Source of the DNA: Eledone cirrhosa
Lineage: Eukaryota
Direction of reading: 5' to 3'
DNA length: 64,000 nt
Assembly (NCBI GenBank): GCA_964016885.1
Contig: OZ024745.1
Location: 31,000,001 to 31,064,000, forward strand
The position numbers and the translations under genes are program-made. Below, piece after piece: positions 1 to 16,581 of this stretch (positions are counted from its first letter, which is position 1; each line of letters begins with the position of its first letter). The notes beneath the pieces are model-generated. The model was not told the origin of the DNA, searched no databases, and saw nothing but the letters and a program-made list of their open reading frames with translations.

Positions 1-64
1 GTAGTCGGATCGAACCTCGCAACTGAATGATTGTGGAGTAAACCACTTTACCATTTGGCCATAC
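1..64 (-). mobile_element. tRNA-derived SINE head (truncated by window edge)
   Basis: Minus strand has A-box TGGCCAAATGG and B-box GGTTCGATCC. Confidence 0.5.
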
Positions 65-2122
65 AGCGTCCATTCGATATGATATGAATGGGAAGGATAT
101 TGAAATAACATTAATGTTCACAGGTGAGCACCACGTCCGGTGAACTTAGTCACCTCTCCGATTTTAACTATTTACAACAACCCACCCACTCACCTTTATC
201 GTTTTAACTCTTACTAACTCCCACCCCCACTTAATTATAACCATGAGCCGTTTGAAATGTATCATCCATGCTTTCCAGCGATGAGATCATCAAAGCTTAC
301 AAGCACCACATGAATTTATGTTTTTATACCCACCGTTTTCCAGATGGATGTGGTGTTATATTATTTGTAGTATGAAACTATAAGAGAAAACAAATCAATG
401 TTTGTTTTCTAAAAGCACCATCCCTTAGATTTAATCATTTATTTTTCGGGAAGTCGACACTAAAGCTCATTCTGTTCGGCATATGGTAACCTTTTCTTAA
501 ACCCTGTCAAATGCTAGTGTTTGTAGTAAAAACTAAAGTGTATCCAAATTATCTCTGTTTTTCTTCACGTGTTTTTGTTTAGCTAACATCTCTGATATTT
601 CCTCCCGAGAAAGTCTCCGCAGTCTTCTAGAGTGACATCCGATATTCTCATGTCAAACAAAAACTGAAATGTCTTTATATATATATATATATACGCATCA
701 CCTTTGTGTGTTTTAATCAAGTGATGCACACAAAAGATATGATAATTAAGTTAACATTTAAAACAGCGTATACACGTGGAGGTATGAAGCTGCCTCTCTA
801 TCGGGCCGAAAACAAGAAAGATCAAGGCGGGTGTTCGACTCTTCTAGATTGACTTGTCCTTAAATTACTACCTGAAAAAGAAGGTATATTTTTCTTCAAA
901 TATAAGAAGAGTAGAAGTTAGAGCTCGTGGCTAGATCAGATCTACAATTAATAAATTAAAATCACTATCGTTAAAGTTTTTAAAATATGCGATGAGCATC
1001 AGAAATATACAGAGTTATTGCATGTTTGTGTTGTGGAGAAGATAATTCTCATAACAGCGAGTCTTCAAATGGCAAATAAAGGAACGCTTTTCAGATATGA
1101 AGATTAGCTGCAAATATATTGAATAAGCGGTCCTGGATCAAGGCATAATACCAAGGCATATTACCTGGCAGCCACCCTTGCAAGATTAGGCAAAGATCCA
1201 TTTGGGAAGCAGGAATGATGATTGTGCTGAAAAATGAACACCAATGAACATTTGCCTCGGTTTTCAATGCTTGTTTCGCCTAGCGGCAAAACCGAACATT
1301 AGGTCAACAGTAGGGGAACTAAGCCTCCATCAGTGGGTCACTGCGTCTGTGAGAGTCCTGGAAAGTCATCACAGTCAGTGGTGGACTGGGTCTAAAAATA
1401 CTGGTTGCCAGGAGATTAAGGAGGGCCCACCTACATATAGAATGCTATCATTTAATTTTTATAATGAATAAATAACAGTTTCGAAAAATACAAAACAGTG
1501 CAATCAAATCTTTGCGGAAATATATCTTACTTTCTCCAATAAAAATATTATGTATTTTGCGAAATCCAGAGTCTTTCAATAATGACCAGAAGTCGACTCT
1601 AAATATTACTAATATATCTCGGAAAGCCATAAGCAACACTACATCTTTTTAACTTTGATTTTGAAAGTAGGTTTATAATTATCAACTTTCATCATACGTT
1701 TGTAGCTGTCTTAGTTGGAGGAATTATAGACGGTGGTCATCCTGGTCTGAAGTTCGATCCTGGTTGAGAGTAGGGTTCCTGGTAAACTGTTTCAGTTTTT
1801 TCTATTGATTGTAAAATAAAAATTGAAAAAGGTTACATGTACTTTTTGACCAAGATTGAACCCAAGGCCAGGATCTCCACCGTCTCTAGTACCTACCACT
1901 AGGCCACAGAGACAACTACGAAAATCTTATGAAAATTCATTCTTCAGTGTTGTGGTATCGTTCATGTCTTTCTTAATGTTATTGCTCCTACTTAAAGTCG
2001 ACTTCTAAATCATTTGGGTGTTCCATAAACTACATCCTCGTTTTGTTTCCCTTTTATCTAGGCTACATTTTAACCTGCAATCCATGTTTCATTTCTGTTG
2101 CACCTCATTTCTCCCCCTCCTC

Positions 2123-2200
<78 letters not shown>

Positions 2201-2207
<7 letters not shown>

Positions 2208-2380
2208 AGATCAAAAGATGGTTAAAAGAGTTCCAAGTATTTTATTATGCGCATTTCAAAAACAAATATCATCATGGGATGATAATTGCGTTCTCATCAG
2301 ATAAAATAGGGAAACATGATATGAAGTTTAAAACACTTGTGAGCAGTGAAGTTTTAAATCAACATATGAAAAATAAAATG
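2201..2380 (-). mobile_element. Penelope-like relic next to (TA)n; second copy at 26303-26570
   Basis: Homologous to 26303-26470; contains a hammerhead motif. Confidence 0.6.
2238..2308 (-). ncRNA. Minimal type I hammerhead ribozyme
   Basis: Minus strand: TATTTTAT-CTGATGA-stemII-GAAA-TGCGCA-TA-ATAAAATA; 8-bp stem I, palindromic stem III, AUA triplet. Confidence 0.72.
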
Positions 2381-2889
2381 AGATGGATATATGAGATTGG
2401 GAAGAAGAAAAAAGGGGGCGGGGGGTTAGGAAATGGTAAGGAAGAGGAAGAAAGAAAATAAAGGATGAAGTGGGAGGAGTATAAGAAGGAAGGATGAGAG
2501 AGGAGGAGAAATGAGTGATAGAGAGAGAGAAATAGCCTTTACAACTAAGAAAAACATTGACTCACAAAGAGAAATTTAAAAAAACGTTGGAAGATAATAG
2601 ATAATTTTAAAAGATTTTGAAATTAAGAGTTAATGAGGTTTATTGATGTTGATGTTTATGATTAAAGAAAAAGGAATTAAGAATAGTATTAAAGGTTTAT
2701 ATATTGAAGGGTTTAATAATATGTGCGAAAAAACTTATTAATATGTATTATTAAAATAAAAATATTAATGTTATTAAGGATATAATGTGAAAAGAAGGAG
2801 AAGAATGAATGAGTTATGAATTTAGAGGAATTAGTTAGGGTTTAAACATCGGATGAGTAGCACTCCACAGTTTATAGGACTAGAGTATA

Positions 2890-2942
<53 letters not shown>

Positions 2943-3030
2943 ATACTTGAATCTACTATGATTTGGACTTACCTTATTCCTATATATATGTTTTCGCATG
3001 TCAGTTAGATTCAAACTTACAATGATTGGC

Positions 3031-3085
<55 letters not shown>

Positions 3086-3325
3086 GCAAACTAGGTCTAA
3101 AAATATTGGTTGCCAGATAAAGGGTGGGGGGCTACCTACATATAGAATGCTATCATTTAATTTTTATAACGAATAAATAACATTTTCAAAAAATACATAA
3201 GTGGAAACAAAACAGTGTAATCAAATTTTTGCGGGAAAATATCTTACCTTCTCCAATAAAAAGTATTATGTATTTTGCGAAATCCAGAGACTTTCAATAA
3301 TGACTTTTGGTCTTTCACACTCACT

Positions 3326-3387
<62 letters not shown>

Positions 3388-3508
3388 TCTGTCCCAGTCA
3401 TTCATTGAGCAACATCGGTAAGGTTGGCACCATTAACTTACGGTTGGGTGTGGATGCATTCATGTATATGTGTGTGTCCGCATGTATCTGTGTGTTTCTA
3501 AATATATT

Positions 3509-3560
<52 letters not shown>

Positions 3561-3640
3561 CACCTTCACCACTAATTGATTTGGCAGATGTCTTTAACCC
3601 ATTGATACCAAATATTATTTGGTCAGTAGTTCGTGTGTAA

Positions 3641-3687
<47 letters not shown>

Positions 3688-3693
<6 letters not shown>

Positions 3694-4083
3694 TAAACGG
3701 AATAGAAAATGCTGACAAATTGTTCACAGTTGAAAAATGGTTTAATTAGGAATAAAAGAGTATTAGTGATTGTATGGGTTAGTATTCAGTTGTGGTTTTA
3801 AGTTTTTAAGTTTTTACCGGTTGCGCATTTCTAAATGCTTTTCAAAAATAATTTTGAGATAGAGTGTCCGTGCTGTTTGCTCTGATCAGAGCAAACAGCA
3901 CGGACACTCTATCTCAAAATTATTTTTGAAAAGCATTTAGAAATGCGCAACCGGTAAAAACTTAAAAACTTAAAACCACAACTGAATACTAACCCATACA
4001 ATCACTAATACTCTTTTATTCCTAATTAAACCATTTTTCAACTGTGAACAATTTGTCAGCATTTTCTATTCCGTTTACCAATA
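3688..4083. repeat. Perfect ~396-bp palindrome (no spacer) between (TA)n tracts; Penelope-like inverted relic
   Basis: Arms are reverse-complementary around ctga|tcag at 3885/3886. Confidence 0.9.
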
Positions 4084-4135
4084 ACTTGTGTGTTACACCT
4101 CTATTCTTTTAACTATATATATATATATATATATA

Positions 4136-4535
4136 TATAAATGAAGTAACAGGAGGCTGGACTGGTGTAAATCCTTGAAAGGTTTATTATACTATGATCA
4201 TTTCAATGACCGGGTTCCATATGAATCCGGTGATATCATCAACTATTGGAATATAACAAAGGAATATGTAAAAAGCCATGGCTTTTTACATATTCCTTTG
4301 TTATATTCCAATACCTGATGATATCACCGGATTCATATGAAAACCGGTCATTGAAATGGTCATAGTATAATAAACCTTTCAAGGATTTACACCAGTCCAG
4401 CCTCCTGTTACTTCATTTATAATTAACTCCGCACCAGCAACTACACAAACGAAGATGGGTGAACTGCACTTCGTTGAGTACTCTTCACAATATTACACCA
4501 GGATTGACCATACGGAATGACCAACAAACCTTAAG

Positions 4536-4537
<2 letters not shown>
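4136..4537 (+). mobile_element. Penelope-like palindromic relic (arms 4136-4421) with 3' extension
   Basis: Near-perfect inverted repeat centred on gccatggc (4275-4282); flanked by (TA)n; hammerhead in the right arm. Confidence 0.7.
4311..4368 (+). ncRNA. Minimal hammerhead ribozyme motif
   Basis: ATAC-CTGATGA-(tatcaccgg...ccggtcatt)-GAAA-TGGTCA-TA-GTAT; the other arm retains palindromic TGATCA. Confidence 0.6.
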
Positions 4538-4597
<60 letters not shown>

Positions 4598-4689
4598 TTG
4601 TGTGTCTGTGTCTATATATGTATGTTTGCATGCATGAATGAATACACTAAGCTTTAGATTTAGTAGAATGTACAACCACTTATTCCAGC

Positions 4690-5328
4690 TGCATCGGCGT
4701 TTCCCTGAGGCTCAGCCTCCGGATCTGCCAGCCACACCCATGTCGCTGCGGTTCCACCCTGGACTCTTTCGGCCTCTACCCGCTTTTCTGTCGCCACAGT
4801 GCCGGCCGCATTCCACGCCATGCTGCCCTCAACGAGGTCATTAAGCATGACTTGGATGCTGCAGGCTTCCCTTCCCAGCTCGAGCCGGTGGGGCTGGATC
4901 GAGGGGACGGCAAAAGGCCAGATGGCATGACCATCTTCCCGTTCCGCGGTGGCAAACCCCTCGTCTGGGATGCCACTTGCACCGACACTTTCTGCAGCCG
5001 CAACCTGGTGCAGTCTGCGACTGACCCAGGTTCTGCTGCACGTCGGGCTGAAGGGGCCAAACTCCTCAAATACCGGTCGCTCTCAGATAGGTTTGCGGTC
5101 GTACCCCTGGCAGTGGAGACTTCTGGTATCCTCGGCCCCAGGGCTACCTCCTTACTCACCACCATAGGCGCTGAGCTGGCCAGCCGCAGGTGTGAGCCCC
5201 GCGAGTTGGAGTGGCTTTTCCAGCGCGTCTCCCTCGCCATCCTCCGGGGAAACGCCTTCTCCATTCTGTCCGCCGGGGCTGTGGGTGGGCCCTATCGCGT
5301 TGTAGTTGTTGTAGAAGAAACAGGATGA
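4690..5328 (+). mobile_element. CRE-clade non-LTR retrotransposon 3' fragment (Zn knuckle + restriction-like endonuclease)
   Basis: IGVSLRL..CQPHPCRCG..C..RHAALN, KRPDG, VWDATC, AEGAKLLKY, PLAVETSG, WLFQRVSLAILRGNA motifs in one frame. Confidence 0.85.
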
Positions 5329-5772
5329 CAACATCTAAACTAAAACTTTACATTGTATTGTCTTGACATTAGATTTCGATTTTCCTTCTCCCTATGCTCT
5401 CAGTGCTATTGGCTTACAATATTTATGCACTAACATATATTTTGGTTTATAGTAATTCCCTGAGGAATTGGTTGACCAAATGCTTTGCTTAATTGTTTTA
5501 TTCATTCTTTAAAAGATTTCATTCTTTCTCTTAGATTTCAGGTATTCTTTTAAAGCAAACCATTGGCCCCTAAAATACTACAGTGGGCCCTGCAATACTA
5601 CAGTGGGTCCTGCAATGCTACTGTGGGCTTTTGCAATGCTACCTGGCAACCTGGTCAGTCCGCCACTGATCACAGTATTTCTGATAATAGAAAACATGAC
5701 TGGTACGTGTCAACATGTGCATGTGTATGTGTGCGTGCGTGTGCATATGGATGTACATTGCGTGTGTGTCTA

Positions 5773-5811
<39 letters not shown>

Positions 5812-6280
5812 TCATGTACGTGTGTGAGCACACATGGATGAATGGTTAAACCGCTCACATAGTTGACTGATACATGATCAACAACTACATACACACACAT
5901 ACACACACATACACACACACACATTCAAAGACGCGGACGTGAACTGCATACGAAGCAAAGACACTTCTAGCAACTCTTCATGAACAGAGTCTTTCTAGCT
6001 GGAGGTTGACATCATATGGAGCTACGCACCGTCTCTATAAACAACAGATGTAGAAGCCCAGTTAACTCGCCGCGTGTTTCCTATGCTCACTGTGATGAGT
6101 TCAGTACTTTGTAGAAGGAGAAATGGGCGTTGGCCTTCACTGGTGAACCTCCGTCGGTTTCGACGATGAGTATTCGTTCCAATTGTTCAATCAACAGATC
6201 AGCAAGCTCAAGAAATTAACACAAACGTAAACATAGGCACACATACTCATACATATATATACATGTGTATGTATATATAT

Positions 6281-7134
<854 letters not shown>

Positions 7135-7243
7135 TATATATATACACATACATATATATGAAAAGATTCAGGACCCCGACGGCTGAGCCTAGCCGTTTCG
7201 ACGTAATCTTATTTTATTTTACAAAACTTTCAAACAAGAAAAC

Positions 7244-7299
<56 letters not shown>

Positions 7300-7306
<7 letters not shown>

Positions 7307-7939
7307 AGATAAGCAGAACAAGTAAAATTCAACCAATTTTTCAAAATAAATCAAAATTAATATACAATTAAAATTAATCAAAATTAAAAAATATAATATA
7401 AATATTTACCTATTCTAATGGCCCTAACTGTACAGTTTCACGGCGCAAAACATTAAATATCACGAGGATATTAATGGAAAAGCAACGATCATCAGAGAAG
7501 CATTTTCCTGTCCTAGGGTTAAAAACCCCAGGAACGACAAAATATATGACCTCACTCCAACTAATACAGGTCTGAAAGGTCGTAAAAGTGACCCGTAAAT
7601 ACATTGGTGTATAGTGAAGGCGGGAAATCGTAGACTAGCCGTCTATGATCGCCACTAAAAAAGATTTTTAGCAACTAAATAGAACGACAAAGATTTATCT
7701 CTACATACTGGAGATTATTTAATAAGGTTAATATATATCTGAGGGTACAATGTACCCCCGGAAATATATAGTGTGTCTATGATTTAAGGTGGTTCTATGG
7801 TAATAATTTGATATACCAGAACTTAATATCAAGATAAGCAGAACAAGTAAAATTCAACCAATTTTTCAAAATAAATCAAAATTAATATACAATTAAAATT
7901 AATCAAAATTAAAAAATATAATATAAATATTTACCTATT

Positions 7940-7942
<3 letters not shown>
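7300..7942 (-). mobile_element. Penelope-like relic with ~115-bp terminal direct repeats
   Basis: 7301-7415 repeated at 7826-7940; (TA)n on both sides; internal hammerhead. Confidence 0.6.
7422..7500 (-). ncRNA. Minimal hammerhead ribozyme motif
   Basis: Minus strand: TTCT-CTGATGA-long stem II-GAAA-CTGTACAG-TT-AGGG; palindromic stem III, GUU triplet, weak stem I. Confidence 0.58.
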
Positions 7943-8776
<834 letters not shown>

Positions 8777-8810
8777 AGATTTGAATGGATACAGTTTAGT
8801 TGAAAGGAAT

Positions 8811-8927
8811 TTATTGACACGTGTTTCTATAACAGTTACATAACCTAAAACAGCTATCTACAAACTTTTAGTTATGCAGACATTCAATATTTCAATGTTA
8901 TTATTTACTGTCATTTCATCAGAATAA
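8811..8927 (-). ncRNA. Hammerhead ribozyme motif with long stem II
   Basis: Minus strand: TTATT-CTGATGA-a(atgacagt...actgttat)a-GAAA-CACGTG-TC-AATAA; GUC triplet. Confidence 0.62.
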
Positions 8928-9523
8928 TATTACTGAGGACCTATTTAGTTTTTATAGAGAATATTAGGAGGGAGGGGTGAAGTTGTTAGAAGAATAGTTG
9001 AAGGAGTGGTTTTTCGATAGCAGTGAGAATTCTTGGTGGCAGTGAGTAATTAGATTCCCATCTGTTGTTTTGACATTTTTTATAGAATATATTATTGGTT
9101 ATTTTTCTAAATCTATAGAAGGATTAGAGATAGTAAAGATATGCGTGGTTGGTTTTGTGTTTGCACTTAATTAACATTCAGACTTAAATTTTTCTTTCAA
9201 GTGTACGTATCCTTTCACCCACGCATTCACACACAAATATATTTGCACACCTCCACAAAATACATATACTCACAATTCACATATTCATACTTACATATAT
9301 ATACACATGCATACACATATATATACACACATGTATTCATATACATACATACGCGCTCATGTGTATACATTTTCATACTCAACTTATCTTTATATACACA
9401 CGTATAGACACACTCATATATACATACATACTCTAGTCCATGTGTACACACATACACATACTTACACATCCATATACACATATATACATACATATATATA
9501 TACACATATATATATATACATAT

Positions 9524-9584
<61 letters not shown>

Positions 9585-9907
9585 TACATACATACATACA
9601 CATACACATACACACACATACATACATATATATATATAAGCACTTTAATACATGAATACACTTACATCTAACTATACACATCAAACATATATATATATTT
9701 ACTTATTTATATACATTTTCACATATATATACATACTTATGGACGTTTTTAGACACATTCATTATCGCATATTTGTACCTATTCTCATCAGCATATCTTT
9801 TCATTATTAGTATGGTAATTTAAGGTTATTAATATATGTTGAGAAGAGATTGTTTTTATATTTTTCTAACTAGATTAAGGTTTATATAGTTGGGGGATGT
9901 CCCTCTT

Positions 9908-10250
9908 TTATGTAATATTCGGCTTGTAGTGGGAAAAAAGGGTTTTAGTTCTGTGACGGCAGAATAATGTTCGTTCAATTCTGTTATTCAGCAGTTTCTT
10001 CTTGTGTGTGATTATGTAATAAATCTCAAGATTACACAATTTGCAGAAATTTTGGCTCCTGGAAAAGCTTTGGGTTTTAGCTAATTTTTCCCATTTTAGG
10101 GTAAACTTTTGGTCGCTATCCCTGAGCGTCCAAGCTTTTTCTGCTAAAGTTGTTACATTTCTTTGGCTCTGGTGTTTTATTGAGTAAGAATGCCTATACA
10201 ATCGAGATTTAAACGATGTTGCCGTTGATCCCACGTAATACCACTCGTGT
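9908..10250 (-). mobile_element. Penelope-like element GIY-YIG endonuclease C-terminal fragment
   Basis: YVGST..FKSRLYRH..TTLA..W.L..F.LKWEKL..CKLCNLE..LLNNR.E..CRH; 5'-truncated at a microsatellite; hammerhead motifs lie downstream on the same strand. Confidence 0.82.
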
Positions 10251-10280
10251 ATATATACATATACACACATATATATATAT

Positions 10281-10476
10281 TACAAAGGAATTGTGGTAAG
10301 GAACCAGATGGACCATAACGCACCAGAGTACTCAATACTTAGGGTAGTAGAGTAGGAAATAGGAAAAAGTATGACCCCGACGGCAGAGCTCTAGCTGTTT
10401 CGACGGCTATATCTGGACTATTTCCAGAAATAGCCGTCGAAACGGCTAGAGCTCTGCCGTCGGGGTCATACTTTTT

Positions 10477-10480
<4 letters not shown>
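10281..10480 (-). mobile_element. Penelope-like inverted-repeat relic (arms 10360-10480) with extension
   Basis: taggaaaaagtatgaccccgacggcagagc... / ...gctctgccgtcggggtcatactttttccta; related to 7165-7203; (TA)n flanks. Confidence 0.55.
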
Positions 10481-10545
<65 letters not shown>

Positions 10546-10659
10546 GTGTGTGTGTGTGCGTATATCTCCATCTCTTCCAAGTGTGAACCTAACAACTGTA
10601 ATTTTGCATTCCTGTGTTTGTTTTGCTTCATTTTTCATATAAATAGATAGATAGATACA

Positions 10660-11789
<1,130 letters not shown>

Positions 11790-12112
11790 GAGGGAGGTAA
11801 TTGGGTAAAATATCTTTAGGGACAGAAAATAAGTTGTCAGTAACCACTACAAAGCATCGAACTCTATCTCTTGAATTCCGTCCAAGTGCGTTACCGTCTT
11901 TAATGTTCCCTAATGAGGGTATCAAAAGTTGCCAAGTATCAATTTCATATTAAATAATTTATCTGAATAAAAATATTCTTAAAGGTCTTATGGAAAGAAA
12001 CATTGGCTTAGTAACTGTAAACGGGTTTTATTTTGCAAAACTCTTTCAAACGTAAAAAATATTTTGAAACATAAATAATGGATTTGCTCGATAAATCACA
12101 TACAAAAATATA

Positions 12113-12400
12113 TACGACAGTGGGTTGAAAAGCTCATAGGTTGGCTATGAAAGAATGATGCTAGAGCTGTGAAATCTTGCATGCATTACTTTCAACTCTT
12201 CTTATTAATAACTACATTGGGTTTTTTTCATGGGGCAGTCCTGACTGTTCAAAGAAGACATCAAAGTCACTAGTAGCGACTTCTCGTGAAAATGGACAAA
12301 ATTTGGCATCGAGGCCTTATCAAGTACCTACAGTAAAAGGGCTTAGCCCCCAAGGACATTCATGCTGATATGGTTGCTACATTAGAAGATGACTCTTCAG
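12113..12400 (+). mobile_element. Mariner-type transposon left-end fragment
   Basis: TA + cgacagtgggttgaaaagctcatagg TIR; homologous to the MITE at 62653-62843. Confidence 0.55.
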
Positions 12401-12931
12401 ATTACATAAAAACTACATGGGGCAGACTGAATGTTATGACCAACTACACTTCCACTAATGGTCAATCACACAATAAAGAGAAAGTTCGTGTGAACAAGAT
12501 ACTTCGTTTTTCTTAGTTTGTCAAAAGATCTTTAGCTTGAAATATCATGAAATCTATTGTTTTGTTTGTTCATTGTTTTTTTTTTTGTCTTTGTCTTTTT
12601 TTTGTTTTGTTTTTTTACATTATTCTAGTTCCTTCTGTATATTTCAATCTGCATTGTACTGGCTTTCCCAACACTCTCTTTGTTATTTATTGTAACATAA
12701 AAAAACTTTACACAATAGAAATTTAGAAAATACGTAATATGGATATATATCTGTGTATGTGTGTGTGTACATATTAGTAGTACTTTGTTTTTATATTGTG
12801 CAGGAAACTCAAGTCGATCTCGTTGAGATTAGAACTCACAATATTAACAATGAAACATAACCAAATATTACAATAGAATTTAGTACACCACTTTACTGCT
12901 CCTGCCATCCACTGCCTCAAATCTCTCTCTC

Positions 12932-12982
<51 letters not shown>

Positions 12983-13301
12983 ATCTATCTATATCTACTT
13001 TCTAAAACACACTATTATTAACAATGCCACGGTTATCATGACAAACATAAGCTGTTTTATGTCTTAATTTTAAACAGATGAATAAAGAAAGATTCTATTT
13101 AGTAAAAAACAAGGCAAAGGTGACTAATACTTTGTAAGGTTGCAGAAATAAAAATTATTAGTCATAAAGAGATTGTTGTGTTTATATATATATAAAGTAT
13201 ATGTTAGTTGATCACCGACACTTTTATATCAGCCTGGGGCATATATATAACAGAGATTATGAATAAACGAAGTGATTTATAACCCGTTGACATGTACTTC
13301 A

Positions 13302-13393
<92 letters not shown>

Positions 13394-14650
13394 TTCATCT
13401 TGCAGAGCTTTACCTCTCCGTGTACCCATAATTGCTCTTTCCTAGTGTAAGATCTTAAATGATTACTGAGCCCTGAAACACGTTTGAAGAGTTAACTGCA
13501 GCAATGTCTCATTTCAGCGTTGGTTCCATTTTTTCCTTGTTTATTATAAATGCTCATATGCCGCTTCAATCCTCCACGTGACTTGTAAGTTTTTTGACAA
13601 ACATGACATTGAAACTGGTTATCTGGAATGAAATATCTATAATTCACGTATGCCTTAACCGCTTAGGCGCGCGTGATCTCAGACTAGCGTGAAATATGTA
13701 TACGTTTGTACAGAAAGAACTTTTAAAGAAAGAATTAAAATCACTCCCTACGCTATTGCTTTTCTCATTTTACGAACTTTTCTTTTCGTTTCAGCATGCT
13801 TAGTTATGTCAAGCTCAAGACCTTTAACACCACTCTAAATCGTACTCGCCATGCTTCCCTATCTGCCGCAAATGATTCAAGACTTTTGTAAGATAAATTA
13901 AGACATTTCAAATTCGATTTTATAGTCTTGGTATCTTTTCTTTAGCTTACTAATTTTTCTCGTAAATCATTTGCTTGGGAATGTGCATATCATCCATACG
14001 GATGAAATGGCTTGTCTATTCTAGTTGGTATGGCTTGGATTGGTGTGATCCTAGCTTCTGCGAGAACCTCAGGAAAGAGTGAGGATCAACTTATTTTGTG
14101 TATATGGCAGAGGCATTTCTTGTGAAATCTTTCCAACATTTTTACATGACACGTGTATATTGTCCAAGTTTCAGAAGAACAAAAAAGACATACTATGATA
14201 ATGACATATTTGATACGGCACTTTGGCCAGAATTTAGATTCTATGTCAGGTCGCTGTCAAGTGTTTCAGGTAACATGTAACTCTATACAACCTTTCGCAT
14301 GACCGAGTCGTCAGCGATTCAACGTGCAACCCTACCAAGCTTGCTTGGCTAGGAGGGTGATATTTGGACACACTGCGGGATGAAAGACAAAACCCGTCAA
14401 AGGACAGAGGAACTCATGAGAATAGTGTCTACATATGCGTATATATGTTTTTATTGTATATTTGTGTGTTTGTGACTGTGGGGATGTGTGTATATAATTT
14501 TTAACCTTTCAACTTTTTAACTTCTAACATTTTGTTTTTAAAATTTTATCTTATTTTATTTTGTATCTTATTTTTATATATTATATTGTATATTATTTTA
14601 TTTTTTTATTTTTAGTATATATCATTATTATTATTATTTTATTTTTAGGT

Positions 14651-14843
14651 GAAGGGCGGTGAATTGGCAGTATCAGTAGAGGGTTGGACGCCATGCTTTC
14701 TAGCATAGTTACGTCCCTTTACGGTTTGAGTTCAAATCCCGTCGAGGTTAACTTTGCCTTTCATCCTTACGGGGTCGATAAAATAAAGTACCAGTAATGT
14801 ACTGGATAATTGCTGGCCTTGTGCCAAAAATAGAAACAATTTA
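14651..14843 (+). mobile_element. tRNA-derived SINE (core ctttgcctttcatccttacggggtcgataaaataaagtaccag)
   Basis: B-box gagttcaaatcc; many dispersed copies (17565-17975, 44340-44732, 47700-47850, 52515-52630, 61428-61590). Confidence 0.8.
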
Positions 14844-15729
14844 TTATTTTATTTTTAATGTATATCATTATATATAATACCAGGTCTTTAATTGCTGAGA
14901 GTCCCCTTACCAAGGCCGTACATTTAGTCATCTTTGACTCATAGAATAGACTGGACTTTACAGCCTAGTAGAGACATCTAGTCTAGAAGATGGTAGATTC
15001 AGAAATAAAAATCCGAAGTCTTTCAAGTTCTTGGTTTTGACATTCCATATGTCACACCAATGAAATCTTCTATTGTCAAGAAGTGGGGTAGTTCTGCGCA
15101 AGCTATGTCCACTCAAAATATGTTCAATCACACAGGTACACTACAAGTGCACCACAGGTTGGCCCCGGTCGTTATCCTGCAACTGTGGTCAATAGACAGA
15201 CACCGTCCTTTGCAACACACTTTCAGACTGGCTGAATGTAGAGTTCAATATTTTTGCCAAGAGGTTAGCAAAGATGTTGGCACTTGTCATCGATGTTTGT
15301 GTATGTGTGTAGGTGTACGTGTGTGTGTGTGTGTGTGTGTGCGTGTGTATGTGAATGTGAGAGTTGGGAGAAGAACGAGGTTCCATGTTCAGGAAAAGGT
15401 GTGTGCGTGGGGTGGGGTGTAAGTCAGTGTGCGTGCGTGTGGATGAAGAGGGCTCAGAGGGGTGGGGGATGGGGCGTGTCGATTCCGGAGGCTGAGTGCG
15501 TATATGTGGGGATGCGCACGTGTGTGTGTTTGTGTTTATACGTGGTGTGGATGTAGGTGGCGTGGTTCGAAAAAGAATGTGAGTGTTTCTGCGTGGTTAA
15601 GTTCCTAAGGTAGTTCCGTGGAGTGTGCGATGAGATGTTGGATATATATATAGTTGTTGTAAGGTTGCAATAAATGAGTCCGTAGGCAGTATGCCGTTTG
15701 AGCACTCGATGCTCGCGCAGAGCAGAGTA

Positions 15730-16265
<536 letters not shown>

Positions 16266-16312
16266 ATATATTTATATATATAAATATCTATATATATATT
16301 TATATATATATA

Positions 16313-16411
<99 letters not shown>

Positions 16412-16414
16412 CAG

Positions 16415-16505
<91 letters not shown>

Positions 16506-16581
16506 GAGAAAGAGAAAGAGAGAGAGAGAGAGTTGTCTATCCATCTAACTTTCTTTCTCTCTCTCTCTATCTATCTATCTA

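Noticed and set aside
1-64. tRNA gene
   Set aside because: A/B boxes are present but there is no proper cloverleaf; it is a SINE head.
1390-1590. ~200-bp sequence repeated at ~3098-3303
   Set aside because: Real dispersed repeat, but I could not assign a class or find an intact motif.
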